This document shows positions 1-10,823 of a DNA stretch of 64,000 nt, in pieces. The translations under genes and the position numbers were made by a program. The stretch is from Alphaproteobacteria bacterium (GTDB taxonomy: Bacteria > Pseudomonadota > Alphaproteobacteria > GCA-2731375): positions 3,616,001 through 3,680,000 of the forward strand of contig CBDDPY010000002.1 of assembly GCA_965232515.1 (NCBI GenBank). Direction: 5' to 3'. The first letter of the stretch is position 1. Each line of letters begins with the position of its first letter. The notes beneath the pieces were generated by a model that saw only the letters and a program-made list of their open reading frames with translations, ran no database searches and was not told where the DNA came from.

Positions 1-1470
<1,470 letters not shown>

Positions 1471-1484
1471 TCACGACCGCCGCA

Positions 1485-1498
1485 TTGACCCAGATCAG
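1485..1498. promoter_or_regulatory. FNR/FixK-type box TTGACccagATCAG upstream of groEL
   Basis: Near-consensus TTGA(T/C)-N4-(A/G)TCAA, 72 bp upstream of the groEL start. Confidence 0.65.
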
Positions 1499-1953
1499 CC
1501 GGGCGAACCGCGTGAGATCGCCGCCAGATGCGCCGGCAGTTCATGGACCGGCAGGTTGGTCAGATCCTTGGCGAGCTGGCCGGCGAGCCGGTCGCTGACG
1601 GCCTTCGGCAATTCGTCGCGCAGATCGCCCAACGCCTGCGGCGGCGCCACCAGGATCAACCTGTCGAACGCGCCCCGCTTGGCCGCGGCAGCCAAAAATC
1701 CGGCCAGCTCTTGCGCGAAGCGGCGCTTCTCATGCCGCTTTGGGTCGGTGGGCGGCTGCATGGCGTGCCGCCCCTCGCCGGCGCGGTCGAAGGTGCGGCC
1801 CGGCCGGTCGCTGGCCAGATCGCGGCTGGGCCGGTTGGCGCCGTCGAATTCGCGCACCGGGGTCAGGCCGCCGCCGTCGCCGGGCGGCTCCTGCCGGACA
1901 AGCCGCGCCTTGCTGCCATCCGCGATCAACACCCACGTCGTTCCCTGACGCAT
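1495..1953 (-). CDS. Host attachment protein / baeRF12 release-factor-like family
   Basis: TWVLIADGSKAR, SDRPGRTFD, LILVAPPQALGDLR and AKDLT motifs; start taken at MRQGTTW. Confidence 0.85.
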   Translation of the reverse strand: MRQGTTWVLIADGSKARLVRQEPPGDGGGLTPVREFDGANRPSRDLASDRPGRTFDRAGEGRHAMQPPTDPKRHEKRRFAQELAGFLAAAAKRGAFDRLILVAPPQALGDLRDELPKAVSDRLAGQLAKDLTNLPVHELPAHLAAISRGSPG

Positions 1954-2031
1954 CGAACAGGCCTTTCGTCTGGCCGCCGCGCCAACGCGGCGGATCCTCA
2001 CGCCACGCTAGTCCGGTGGACGCGGCCGACG

Positions 2032-2045
2032 TTGACATGGGTCAA
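2032..2045. promoter_or_regulatory. FNR/FixK-type box TTGACatggGTCAA
   Basis: Perfect palindromic TTGAC-N4-GTCAA, 79 bp upstream of the host-attachment gene start. Confidence 0.75.
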
Positions 2046-2944
2046 ATCCGCCAGGGCGCGGCCAGCGTCTCGGCGACCTCCGCGGCACAATCGGCGAAGC
2101 TTGCGGCAAGCGGCGACGGCGCCCGCCCGGCCGGCCAGATCAAACCGTATTCGTAGGTCAACACCGGCGCCAGCGTCCGTATCTCGATGCCCTGCGGCCG
2201 CAGCGTATTGGCCACGAACGGGTCGATCATGGCGATGCCCAGACCTTCGGCCACGAGCTGGCCGGCCAGCAACATGGACGTGGTCTCGAACTTGACCCGC
2301 GGTTCGACACCGGCCGACAGGAACCGGCCGCGCACGCCAGGCTCGAACAGGCCGAACGGATCGAGGCTGATCAACGGTTCGTCGGCGAGGTCGGTGACGT
2401 GCACGCTTTCCCGCTCCGACAGCCGATGACCGGGCGGCAGCGCGACAACGACCGGAAAGCTGATGAACGGCTCGACATTCAGCGCCGGCTGCTCCACCGG
2501 CATCGCGGCCAGACCGAGATCGAATTGCTGGCCCGCCGTCCAGTGAATCAGTTCCCGCCGGCTGCGCATCGTCAGCGTGACCGCCGCCGTCGGATGCTGC
2601 TGCGAGAAGCGTTTCAGCGCCAGCGGCGCCAGGCCGTGCATCTGCGAGCTGAGCGCGACCAGGCGCAGGCGGGCGAACCGGTCGGTCCGGATTTCCTCGG
2701 CGATCGGCGAGAGCTGGTCGATGCCGGCCAGCAGCGGCTCCACCTCGCGAAAGAAGACCTCGCCGCGCGCGGTGATCTGCAGCCGGCCCCGGCGGCGCTC
2801 GAAAATGGCAAAGCCGATCTCATCTTCGAGCGCGGCGATCAGACGGCTGACGCCGGACTGAGTCAGCTTCATCAGGCCGGCCGCTTCCGTCACCGAACCC
2901 GACTCGATTACGGCCCGCAGCGCCTGCAAGCGCCGGAAGTTCAT
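2042..2944 (-). CDS. LysR-family transcriptional regulator
   Basis: N-terminal HTH (GSVTEAAGLMKLTQSGVSRLIAALEDEIG), 300 aa, divergent from the TTT operon. Confidence 0.95.
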   Translation of the reverse strand: MNFRRLQALRAVIESGSVTEAAGLMKLTQSGVSRLIAALEDEIGFAIFERRRGRLQITARGEVFFREVEPLLAGIDQLSPIAEEIRTDRFARLRLVALSSQMHGLAPLALKRFSQQHPTAAVTLTMRSRRELIHWTAGQQFDLGLAAMPVEQPALNVEPFISFPVVVALPPGHRLSERESVHVTDLADEPLISLDPFGLFEPGVRGRFLSAGVEPRVKFETTSMLLAGQLVAEGLGIAMIDPFVANTLRPQGIEIRTLAPVLTYEYGLIWPAGRAPSPLAASFADCAAEVAETLAAPWRI

Positions 2945-2962
2945 GGCTTAAACCTCTAATTC

Positions 2963-2977
2963 ATGAGTTTTACTCAT
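2963..2977. promoter_or_regulatory. Putative LysR binding site ATGAG-ttta(N5)-CTCAT (T-N11-A core)
   Basis: Palindrome atgagttttactcat in the AT-rich divergent promoter between lysR and tctC. Confidence 0.6.
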
Positions 2978-3105
2978 AGAGTCATCATAACTTGGCATTT
3001 GTCGTCATTACTACCGCTGTTTAGGCTTTCCCGGCCCAATGGGACACCGGCCCAATCCAGGCGCCGATCCGACCCGGCGGCAGCCCACAACAGGGAGCAA
3101 CGACA

Positions 3106-4068
3106 ATGGCAAAACATCGATTTCTGTTGCCCGCCATCCTCGGCGGCTTGGCAGTCATGGCGCTGGGACAGGCAGCGCTCGCCGACAGCTATCCATCGAA
3201 ACCGATCAAGCTGATCGTGCCGTACTCGGCCGGCGGCGGCGGCGACACCACGTCGCGCTTCATCGCCGATATGGCCAGCGACATCATGGGCGTGAACTTC
3301 GTGGTCGAGAACAAGACCGGCGGCGGCGCCACCATCGGCATCGGCGCGGTCGCCAAGTCCAAGCCGGACGGCTACACCATCGGCTTCATCTCGACCAGCC
3401 CGATCACCATCCGCACGCACATGATGAAGGCGCCCTACGATCCGCTGACCGATCTGACCTATATCGGCCAGTTCGTCTCCAGCCCGGTGCCCGTCGTCGT
3501 GCGCGCCGACAGCGACTGGCAGACGCTGGACGACCTGATGGCCTTCGCCAAGGCCAATCCCGGCGGCCTGCGCTGGTCGGCGGCCGTGCAGCGCGGCGGC
3601 CCGCACGTCGCCGTGCAGGCGGCCTTCGCCCAGGAGGGCGCGCAAACCACGTTCATCCCATCGAAAGGCGGCGCCAAGGCGCTCGCCGCATTGCTGGGCA
3701 AAACCATCGACATGGCCGCGATCACCGATTTCGCGGCACCGCTCGCCGACGGCAAGGTGCGGCTGCTGGCCGAGACCACGCCGAACCGCAATCCGGCCGC
3801 GCCCGACATGCCGACGCTGACCGAAGCCGGCTATCCGCTGGCCCCGGCAATCTTCTTCGGCCTCGCCGGACCGGCCGGCCTGCCCAAGGACGTCACCGAA
3901 AAGTGGGACACCGTGCTGGCCGAGATCGTCGCCTCGGCGAAGTTCCAGGACCTGCTGCAAAAGCTGAAGGCGACACCGAAGTTCGCCAACTCGGCCGATT
4001 TCACCAAGACCGTGCACGCCGATTACAAGGCCGCCGGCGAGGTGTTGTCGAAGATCGATCTGAATTGA
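3106..4068 (+). CDS. tctC: Tripartite tricarboxylate transporter substrate-binding protein (TctC/Bug)
   Basis: Signal peptide; YPSKPIKLIVPYSAGGGGD, VENKTGGGATIG and KPDGYT motifs. Confidence 0.93.
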   Translation: MAKHRFLLPAILGGLAVMALGQAALADSYPSKPIKLIVPYSAGGGGDTTSRFIADMASDIMGVNFVVENKTGGGATIGIGAVAKSKPDGYTIGFISTSPITIRTHMMKAPYDPLTDLTYIGQFVSSPVPVVVRADSDWQTLDDLMAFAKANPGGLRWSAAVQRGGPHVAVQAAFAQEGAQTTFIPSKGGAKALAALLGKTIDMAAITDFAAPLADGKVRLLAETTPNRNPAAPDMPTLTEAGYPLAPAIFFGLAGPAGLPKDVTEKWDTVLAEIVASAKFQDLLQKLKATPKFANSADFTKTVHADYKAAGEVLSKIDLN

Positions 4069-4105
4069 TCGGTCCGGCAAGACGGATAGCGAGCTGATTC
4101 CGGCG

Positions 4106-4621
4106 ATGTTGGCAACGCCGCGGCATCGGGAGGCGCTGCTGCTGATGGCGCTGCTGGCGGGCGTCGCCGGAATCGTGCTCTGGGTCGTGCCGGCCAGCGT
4201 CGAGGACCCCCAAGGCTTCGGCTACGCCCAGGGCCTGCCGCCCAGCTTCACGGTCTACCTGGTTGCCCTGCTCGGTGGCGCCGTGATGCTGGTGCGGCTG
4301 CTTCGCTTATGGCTGAACCCAGGCCTCGCCGTCGTCGAGGTCGACGCGAACGAGCGAGGCATCGGCCCACAAGCGCTGTCGGTCATCGGCGTCTGCCTGC
4401 TGTTCGCCCTTCTGCTCGTTCCGGGCCTCGGCTTCTATCCGTCGAGCCTGCTGTTCATCGTCGTGGCGTCGCTGATCCTGGGCGAGCGCCGGCCGGTCTT
4501 TCTGACGGCGCCGCCGGTGCTTGTGACCGGCGGGCTGTTCCTGGCCTTCGAGTACGGCTTCAACATCTTTCTCCCGCGCGGGCACTGGATCGAACCGTTG
4601 CTCGCGAACCTCGGCGGCTGA
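4106..4621 (+). CDS. tctB: TTT small membrane subunit TctB
   Basis: About 4 TM segments, C-terminal F..GFNIFLPRG, position between tctC and tctA. Confidence 0.85.
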   Translation: MLATPRHREALLLMALLAGVAGIVLWVVPASVEDPQGFGYAQGLPPSFTVYLVALLGGAVMLVRLLRLWLNPGLAVVEVDANERGIGPQALSVIGVCLLFALLLVPGLGFYPSSLLFIVVASLILGERRPVFLTAPPVLVTGGLFLAFEYGFNIFLPRGHWIEPLLANLGG

Positions 4622-4630
4622 GGACGCGGC

Positions 4631-6178
4631 ATGGACAGCATCATCGGCGGCATGCTGCTGGCGGCCTCGCCCGAGGCGCTGATTGCCGTCTTCGTCGGCC
4701 TGATCGCCGGCCAGATCCTGGGCGCGGTGCCTGGTCTGACGGCGTCCATGGCCGTCGCCCTGCTGGTGCCTTACACCTATTACCTCGATCCCTGGATCGG
4801 CATTCCCATGCTGCTCGGCATGTTCAAGGGATCGCTGTTCGGCAGCAGCATTACCGCCATCCTGGTCAAGACTCCCGGCGCGCCCGCCGCCGCCGCGACC
4901 GTGCTCGACGGCTATCCGTTGGCGCAGCAGGGCAAGGGCGGCAAGGCCATGAAAATGGCGCTCTATTCCTCGGTGTTCGGCGACGCCTTCAGCGACATCT
5001 GCCTGATCCTGGCCGCCGGTTCGCTCGCCGCCATCGCGCTGCATTTCGGGCCGCCGGAATACATGCTGCTGACCGCCTTCTCGCTGGTCACGCTCAGCGC
5101 ACTCTCCGGCCGCTCGCTGTGGAAGGGCCTGGTCGCCGTGCTGCTGGGCATGGGCATCGGCATGATCGGGCTCGACCCCATCGCCGCGACGCCGCGGCTG
5201 ACCTTCGGCAGCCTGGAGCTGGAGGAAGGCATCGGCCTGATCCCCATGCTGATCGGCATGCTGGCGGTCTCCGAAGCTCTGCGCCAGATGGAGCAGCCGC
5301 TGCACAAGCTCGCCCGGCAGACGGTCTCGTTCTCCGCCAAGCGGGCCGACAACCGGATCTCCTGGCCCGAGTTTCGCCGCTGCCTGCCGACGCTGGCGAA
5401 GTCGTCGGGCATGGGCACGCTGATCGGCGCCATGCCGGGCCTCGGCGCCACCGTGGCCGCGTTCCTGGCCTATGGCGAAGCCAAGCGCGCCTCGAAACAG
5501 CCGGAAAACTTCGGCAAGGGTGAAATCGAGGGCGTGGCCGCGGCCGAAGCCGCCAACAACGCCGTCTCCGGCTCGAACATGATTCCGCTGCTGGCCTTCG
5601 GCATTCCGGGCGACATCGCGGCGGCGCTGATCATGGGCGCCTTCCTGATCCAGGGCATCACGCTGGGGCCGGTTGTGTTCCAGGAAAACCCGATCGAGAT
5701 CTATGCCATCTTCACCGCCCTGCTGATCGCCAACTTCTTTAACCTGATCCTCGGCCACGGCCTGATCCGCATGGCCCGGCGCGTCGTCGCCGTGCCCAAG
5801 CGGCTGCTGTTTCCGGCCGTGCTGGTCATTGCGTCGGCCGGCGCTTATGCGCTGCGCGGCTCGGTGTTCGACATCCAGCTGGTGTTTCTGTTCGGCCTGC
5901 TGGGCTACGCTATGGGCAAGCTGGCGATCCCCACGGTGCCGCTGCTGATCGGCTTCATCCTGATGCCGATCCTCGAGGAGAACTTCCGCATCACGTTGCT
6001 GCTGGCCTCGTCGCATGACCTCAATCTCGGCTTCGTTCTGCAACGGCCGGCGTTTCTCAGCCTGCTGGCGATCATGGGCTTGGCCGGATTCCTGCTGATT
6101 CGCCGACGACGAGCCTTCCGCATGGCCGGCGCGCCAACGCTCGCGACCCGACCGCAAACCGAAAAGGCAGAGCCATGA
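4631..6178 (+). CDS. tctA: TTT large permease TctA
   Basis: GAVPGL, TPGAPAAAATVLDGYPLA, EAANNA and GIPGD motifs. Confidence 0.95.
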   Translation: MDSIIGGMLLAASPEALIAVFVGLIAGQILGAVPGLTASMAVALLVPYTYYLDPWIGIPMLLGMFKGSLFGSSITAILVKTPGAPAAAATVLDGYPLAQQGKGGKAMKMALYSSVFGDAFSDICLILAAGSLAAIALHFGPPEYMLLTAFSLVTLSALSGRSLWKGLVAVLLGMGIGMIGLDPIAATPRLTFGSLELEEGIGLIPMLIGMLAVSEALRQMEQPLHKLARQTVSFSAKRADNRISWPEFRRCLPTLAKSSGMGTLIGAMPGLGATVAAFLAYGEAKRASKQPENFGKGEIEGVAAAEAANNAVSGSNMIPLLAFGIPGDIAAALIMGAFLIQGITLGPVVFQENPIEIYAIFTALLIANFFNLILGHGLIRMARRVVAVPKRLLFPAVLVIASAGAYALRGSVFDIQLVFLFGLLGYAMGKLAIPTVPLLIGFILMPILEENFRITLLLASSHDLNLGFVLQRPAFLSLLAIMGLAGFLLIRRRRAFRMAGAPTLATRPQTEKAEP

Positions 6179-7119
6179 ACCACGGTCCCGCCGACCCGCG
6201 CGCCAAGATCAAGTCCGTCACGCTGAACGGCCAACGCGTGCCGCTGGCCGAGGCCAAGATTTCGGTGATGGCCCCGGGCCTGACCTACGCCGCGACGGTA
6301 TTCGAGGGCATCCGCGCCTACTGGAACGCCACGGCCGATCAGCTCTGGCTGTTTCGCCTCGACGAGCATATCGAACGGTTCGTCAATTCCATGCGCCTGT
6401 TGCGCTTCGACGACCCGCCGTCCTTCGAGGCCGTCCGCCGACAGGTCATCGACGACGTCGCCGCCAACGGCTATCGCGAGGACACCTATGTGCGCCTGCA
6501 GGCCTATATCGACGAGTGGGGCGATATGACGGCGACCGGCCCGGTCGGCATGGCGATCATTTCGCGGCCGCGGCCGCGCGTGCCGGCCTTCGAGACCGGA
6601 CGCGACTTCGGCGTCAGCTCGTGGCGGCGCCTCGCCGACAACGCCAGTCCGCCGCGCGTCAAGGCGACGGCGAACTATCTGAACGGCCGGCTCGCCGGTC
6701 TCGACGCCAAGGCCGCCGGCTATGACGGCGCCATCCTGCTGACCGAGCGCGGCACGGTCAGCGAGGGCCCCGGCGGCTGCATCTTCATCGTTCGCGACGG
6801 CATGCTGATCACGCCCAACGTCACCAGCGGCATTCTCGAGAGCGTTACGCGCGACACGCTGATCCTGCTCGCCCGCGCCAACGGCCTCGTCTGCGTCGAA
6901 CGAGAGATCGACCGCACCGAGCTCTACATCGCCGACGAGGGCTTCTATTGCGGCACTGGCCAGGAGATCGTGCCGATGCTGAGTGTCGACCGGCTGCCGG
7001 TCGGCGACGGCCGTCCGGGGCCAATCACCCGGCGGCTGCAGGCACTCTATGATGACGTGGTGCGCGGCCGGTCCGACGGTCATATGGACTGGCGCACGGC
7101 GGTTTACGAAACGGTATAG
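6175..7119 (+). CDS. PLP-dependent class IV aminotransferase (branched-chain/D-amino-acid type)
   Basis: VFEGIRAY, LFRLDEHIERF, catalytic K in RVKATANY, ILESVTR. Confidence 0.9.
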   Translation: MNHGPADPRAKIKSVTLNGQRVPLAEAKISVMAPGLTYAATVFEGIRAYWNATADQLWLFRLDEHIERFVNSMRLLRFDDPPSFEAVRRQVIDDVAANGYREDTYVRLQAYIDEWGDMTATGPVGMAIISRPRPRVPAFETGRDFGVSSWRRLADNASPPRVKATANYLNGRLAGLDAKAAGYDGAILLTERGTVSEGPGGCIFIVRDGMLITPNVTSGILESVTRDTLILLARANGLVCVEREIDRTELYIADEGFYCGTGQEIVPMLSVDRLPVGDGRPGPITRRLQALYDDVVRGRSDGHMDWRTAVYETV

Positions 7120-7131
7120 CGGGGGCGACGA

Positions 7132-8748
7132 ATGACGGACATCAGCCCGGTCCGACTGGGCCTGATCTGGCAACGGCTGAACGGCATGATCGACGAGGTC
7201 GCCGAGAGCTTCATCCGCACCTCGTTCTCCTCGGTGGTGCGCGAGAACTCGGACATGGCGTTCAGCCTGCTGGATCGGCAGGGCCGCCAATTCATCCAGA
7301 CACGGCGCAGCATCCCGTCCTTCATCGGCACGCTGCCGCGCACGCTGCAGGCGATCCTCGAGATCTATCCCGAGGACACGCTGCAACCGGGCGACGTGCT
7401 TATCTCGAACGATTCCTGGCTCGGCACCGGCCATCTGAACGACATCACCATGGTGCACCCGATCTTTCGCCATGGCCGCATCGTCGCCTTTGCCGGCAGC
7501 ACGGCGCACACGGTCGATATCGGCGGTGCGCCCTCGCCGACCGCCAAGGATTGTTACGAGGAAGGTCTCTGCATCCCGGTCTGCAAGATTGTCGAGGCCG
7601 GCGTCGAGAACCGGACCGTTGTCGCCTTTCTGCAGGAGAACCTGCGCGAGCCGGACGAGACGCTGGGCGACATCCGGGCCCAGTTCGCGGCCTACCGCAT
7701 GGCGACCGAGAAGCTGTTCCAGCTGCTCGACGACGAAGGCATCGAGGACCTGGACGCGGTGATCGCCGAGATCCTGTCGCGCTCGGAGGCCAGCATGCGC
7801 CGAACCATCGCCGACCTGCCCGACGGCGAATTCACCGACGAGATGACCGTCGACGGCTTCGATCACCCGCTGACCGTGAAATGCACGATCCGCATATCAG
7901 GAGACGAGATCGCCGTCGATTTCGCCGGCACCTCGCCGCAGATCGACCGTCCGGTGAACTGCGTCATGAACTACACCTATGCCTACGCCTGCTATGCGCT
8001 GAAATGCGCGCTCGACCCGACGGCGCCGAACAACGATGGCTCGTTCCGGCCGATCGCGGTGACGGCGCCCGACGGCTGTCTGCTGAACGCCCGACGGCCG
8101 GCGCCGGTCTGGGGCCGGCACCTGTCGGGCCACTACGTGCCGCCGGCGGTGTTCGGCGCGCTGGCCCGGGTGGTGCCGGACCGGGTCGCGGCCGAGTCCG
8201 GCTCGCCGCTGTGGAACGTCTATTTCAAGGGCCGCGACGAAGCCACCGGCAAGCCGTTCGTGAAGATGTTCTTCATGAACGGCGGGCACGGCGCCCGGCC
8301 CAACAGCGACGGTCCGGGCTGTCTCAGCTTCCCCAGTAACGTCTCGAACCAGCCGATCGAGCAGTTCGAGAACCAGGTGCCGCTGCTGGTCACCGAGAAG
8401 GCCTTCGTGCCCGGCACCGGCGGCGCCGGCCGCTTCCGTGGCGGGCCGGCGCAGCGGCTCTCGTTCAAGTCCGTCGCCGACAGCCCGATCACCATGACCA
8501 TCCGACACGAGCGCATTGTCTATCCGCCGCGCGGCCTCCTGGGCGGCGGGCCCGGCAGCCCCGGCCTCGATCTCGTCAACGGCGAGAAGATACCGGCCAA
8601 GGCGCAGGTCGCGCTCCAGCCGGGCGACGTCGCCACGTTCCAGACGCCGGGCGGCGGCGGCATGGGGCCGGCCGCCGATCGCCCGCCGGATCTGGCCGCG
8701 GCCGACCTGGCCGCCGGTCTCGTCACCCCGGACGGCGCGGCGTCATGA
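7132..8748 (+). CDS. Hydantoinase B / oxoprolinase beta-subunit family
   Basis: RTSFSSVVRE, GTGHLND, HTVDIGG, GGAGRFRGG and TPGGGG motifs. Confidence 0.93.
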   Translation: MTDISPVRLGLIWQRLNGMIDEVAESFIRTSFSSVVRENSDMAFSLLDRQGRQFIQTRRSIPSFIGTLPRTLQAILEIYPEDTLQPGDVLISNDSWLGTGHLNDITMVHPIFRHGRIVAFAGSTAHTVDIGGAPSPTAKDCYEEGLCIPVCKIVEAGVENRTVVAFLQENLREPDETLGDIRAQFAAYRMATEKLFQLLDDEGIEDLDAVIAEILSRSEASMRRTIADLPDGEFTDEMTVDGFDHPLTVKCTIRISGDEIAVDFAGTSPQIDRPVNCVMNYTYAYACYALKCALDPTAPNNDGSFRPIAVTAPDGCLLNARRPAPVWGRHLSGHYVPPAVFGALARVVPDRVAAESGSPLWNVYFKGRDEATGKPFVKMFFMNGGHGARPNSDGPGCLSFPSNVSNQPIEQFENQVPLLVTEKAFVPGTGGAGRFRGGPAQRLSFKSVADSPITMTIRHERIVYPPRGLLGGGPGSPGLDLVNGEKIPAKAQVALQPGDVATFQTPGGGGMGPAADRPPDLAAADLAAGLVTPDGAAS

Positions 8749-10823
8749 GCGAGGCGACCTATCGTATCGGCGTCGACATCGGCGGCACGTTCACCGACCT
8801 GGTGCTGCTTAACCAGGCGACCGGCGACTTGAAGAACGGCAAGGTGCTGACCACGCCGGACGATCCGTCGCGCGCCGTGCTCGACGGTATCCGCCGCCTG
8901 CTGCGGCAGCACGACGTGGCGCCGGCCGCCGTCGGCAACGTTATCCACGGCACGACGCTGGTGGCGAACGCGCTGATCGAGCGCAAGGGCGTGAAGACGG
9001 CGTTGATCACCACATCGGGCTTCCGCGACGTGCTGGAGATCGGCCGCGAGTGGCGCTACGACCTGTTCGACCTGCAACTCGAGATGCCGCCGCCGCTGGT
9101 GTCCCGGCAGAACCGTTTCGAGTTGGCCGAGCGTATGGCGCCGAACGGCGACGTGATCACGCCGCTTGACGATGAGGCCGTTGTCATCCTGGCACGGGAA
9201 ATGGCGGACAGCGATATCGCGGCCGTTGCCGTTGTCTTCCTGCACGCCTTCAAGAATCCCGCCCACGAGCGCCGGGTAAAGGCAATCTTCGCCGAGCACG
9301 CGCCCGGCCTGAACGTCTGCCTGTCGAGCGACGTCAGCCCCGAGATCGGCGAGTACGAGCGCAGCTCGACGGCCGTCGCCAACGCCTATGTGCAGCCGCT
9401 GTTCCGGCGCTACGTCGCCGACCTCGCCGCCGGCATCCATGATCTCGGCATCGCCCGCGATCTGTTCCTGATGCTGTCCGACGGCGGCACCGTGCACCAA
9501 AGCGCCGCCGTCGAATACCCGATCCGGCTGGTGCAGTCGGGCCCGGCCGGCGGCGCCCAGGCGGCCAGCCTCTACGGCCGGTTGGCCGGCGAGAGCGAGC
9601 TGCTCTGCTTCGACATGGGCGGCACCACGGCCAAGGCCTGCCTGATCGAGCAGGGCCGGCCGAGCCGCACCACCAGCTTCGAGGTGGCGCGCATGTTCCG
9701 CTTCGCCAAGGGCAGTGGCCTGCCGCTGCAGGTGCCGGTGGTCGACATGATCGAGATCGGCGCCGGCGGCGGCAGTATCGCCCGGCTCGACAAGATGGGC
9801 CTGATCCAGGTCGGCCCGGACAGCGCCAGCTCGGACCCTGGCCCGGCCTGTTATGGCCTGGGCGGCACCGAGCCGACCGTCACCGACGCCGATCTGCTGC
9901 TCGGCTACCTCGATGCCGACAGTTTTCTGGGCGGCGACATGCCCCTCGATGCCACGAAGGCCATGGCGGCGATCCGGGAGCGCATCGCCGAGCCGCTTGG
10001 CATTTCCGCCATCGACGCGGCCTGGGGCATCCACGAAACGGTCACCGAAAACATGGCTCAGGCCGCGACCATCCACGCGCTGGAAAAGGGCCGCAAGGTC
10101 GAGGGCTATCGCCTGGTGCCGATCGGCGGCGCCGGCCCCGTGCATGCCTGCAGCCTGGCGGCGAAGATGGGCATCGGCCGGCTGATCTGCCCCGCCGGCG
10201 CCGGGGTCGCCTCGGCGCTGGGGCTGCTCGCCTCGCCAACGGCCTTCGAGTTCGTGCAGGCAGACATGCAGCCGCTCGCGGGCCTGGATTTCGCCCGCGT
10301 CGACGCCATGGTCCGGGATCTCGCGGCGCGCGGCCACGAGCTGCTGGCGGCTTCGGGCGTCGCCGACGCGGACATGGCCGCCGAATACAGCGCCCTCATG
10401 CGCTATGTCGGCCAGGGCTATGAAGTCGAGGTGCCGGTCGATCTCGACACCATCGCCGCCGCCGACCGCACGGCGATCGAGAATCGCTTCGCCAAGGTCT
10501 ATCGCGATCTCTACGGCCGGAACGAGAACATGGCGCCGGAGGTCATCTCATGGCGCGTCGTCGTTTCCGGTCCGACGCCCGACCTGTCGCTCTCGGCATC
10601 GGCAACCGCCGCGGGACCGGCGAGCAAGGGCGAGCGGCAGGTCTACTTCGCCGAAACCGGCGGCTTCGCGCCGACGCCGGTCTACGCCCGCGACAGCCTG
10701 TCCGCAACGGACACGCTCACCGGCCCGGCCATCGTGGAAGAGCGCGAATCGACGCTCGTCGTGCCGCCGGGCTGGACCGTCCGCCTGCACGCCAGCGGCA
10801 GCCTGATCCTGGACCGGTCATGA
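8745..10823 (+). CDS. Hydantoinase A / oxoprolinase ATP-binding subunit family
   Basis: IGVDIGGTFTD, HGTTLVANALIE, SGPAGG, DMGGTT, IGAGGGSIA and PGPACYG motifs. Confidence 0.95.
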   Translation: MSEATYRIGVDIGGTFTDLVLLNQATGDLKNGKVLTTPDDPSRAVLDGIRRLLRQHDVAPAAVGNVIHGTTLVANALIERKGVKTALITTSGFRDVLEIGREWRYDLFDLQLEMPPPLVSRQNRFELAERMAPNGDVITPLDDEAVVILAREMADSDIAAVAVVFLHAFKNPAHERRVKAIFAEHAPGLNVCLSSDVSPEIGEYERSSTAVANAYVQPLFRRYVADLAAGIHDLGIARDLFLMLSDGGTVHQSAAVEYPIRLVQSGPAGGAQAASLYGRLAGESELLCFDMGGTTAKACLIEQGRPSRTTSFEVARMFRFAKGSGLPLQVPVVDMIEIGAGGGSIARLDKMGLIQVGPDSASSDPGPACYGLGGTEPTVTDADLLLGYLDADSFLGGDMPLDATKAMAAIRERIAEPLGISAIDAAWGIHETVTENMAQAATIHALEKGRKVEGYRLVPIGGAGPVHACSLAAKMGIGRLICPAGAGVASALGLLASPTAFEFVQADMQPLAGLDFARVDAMVRDLAARGHELLAASGVADADMAAEYSALMRYVGQGYEVEVPVDLDTIAAADRTAIENRFAKVYRDLYGRNENMAPEVISWRVVVSGPTPDLSLSASATAAGPASKGERQVYFAETGGFAPTPVYARDSLSATDTLTGPAIVEERESTLVVPPGWTVRLHASGSLILDRS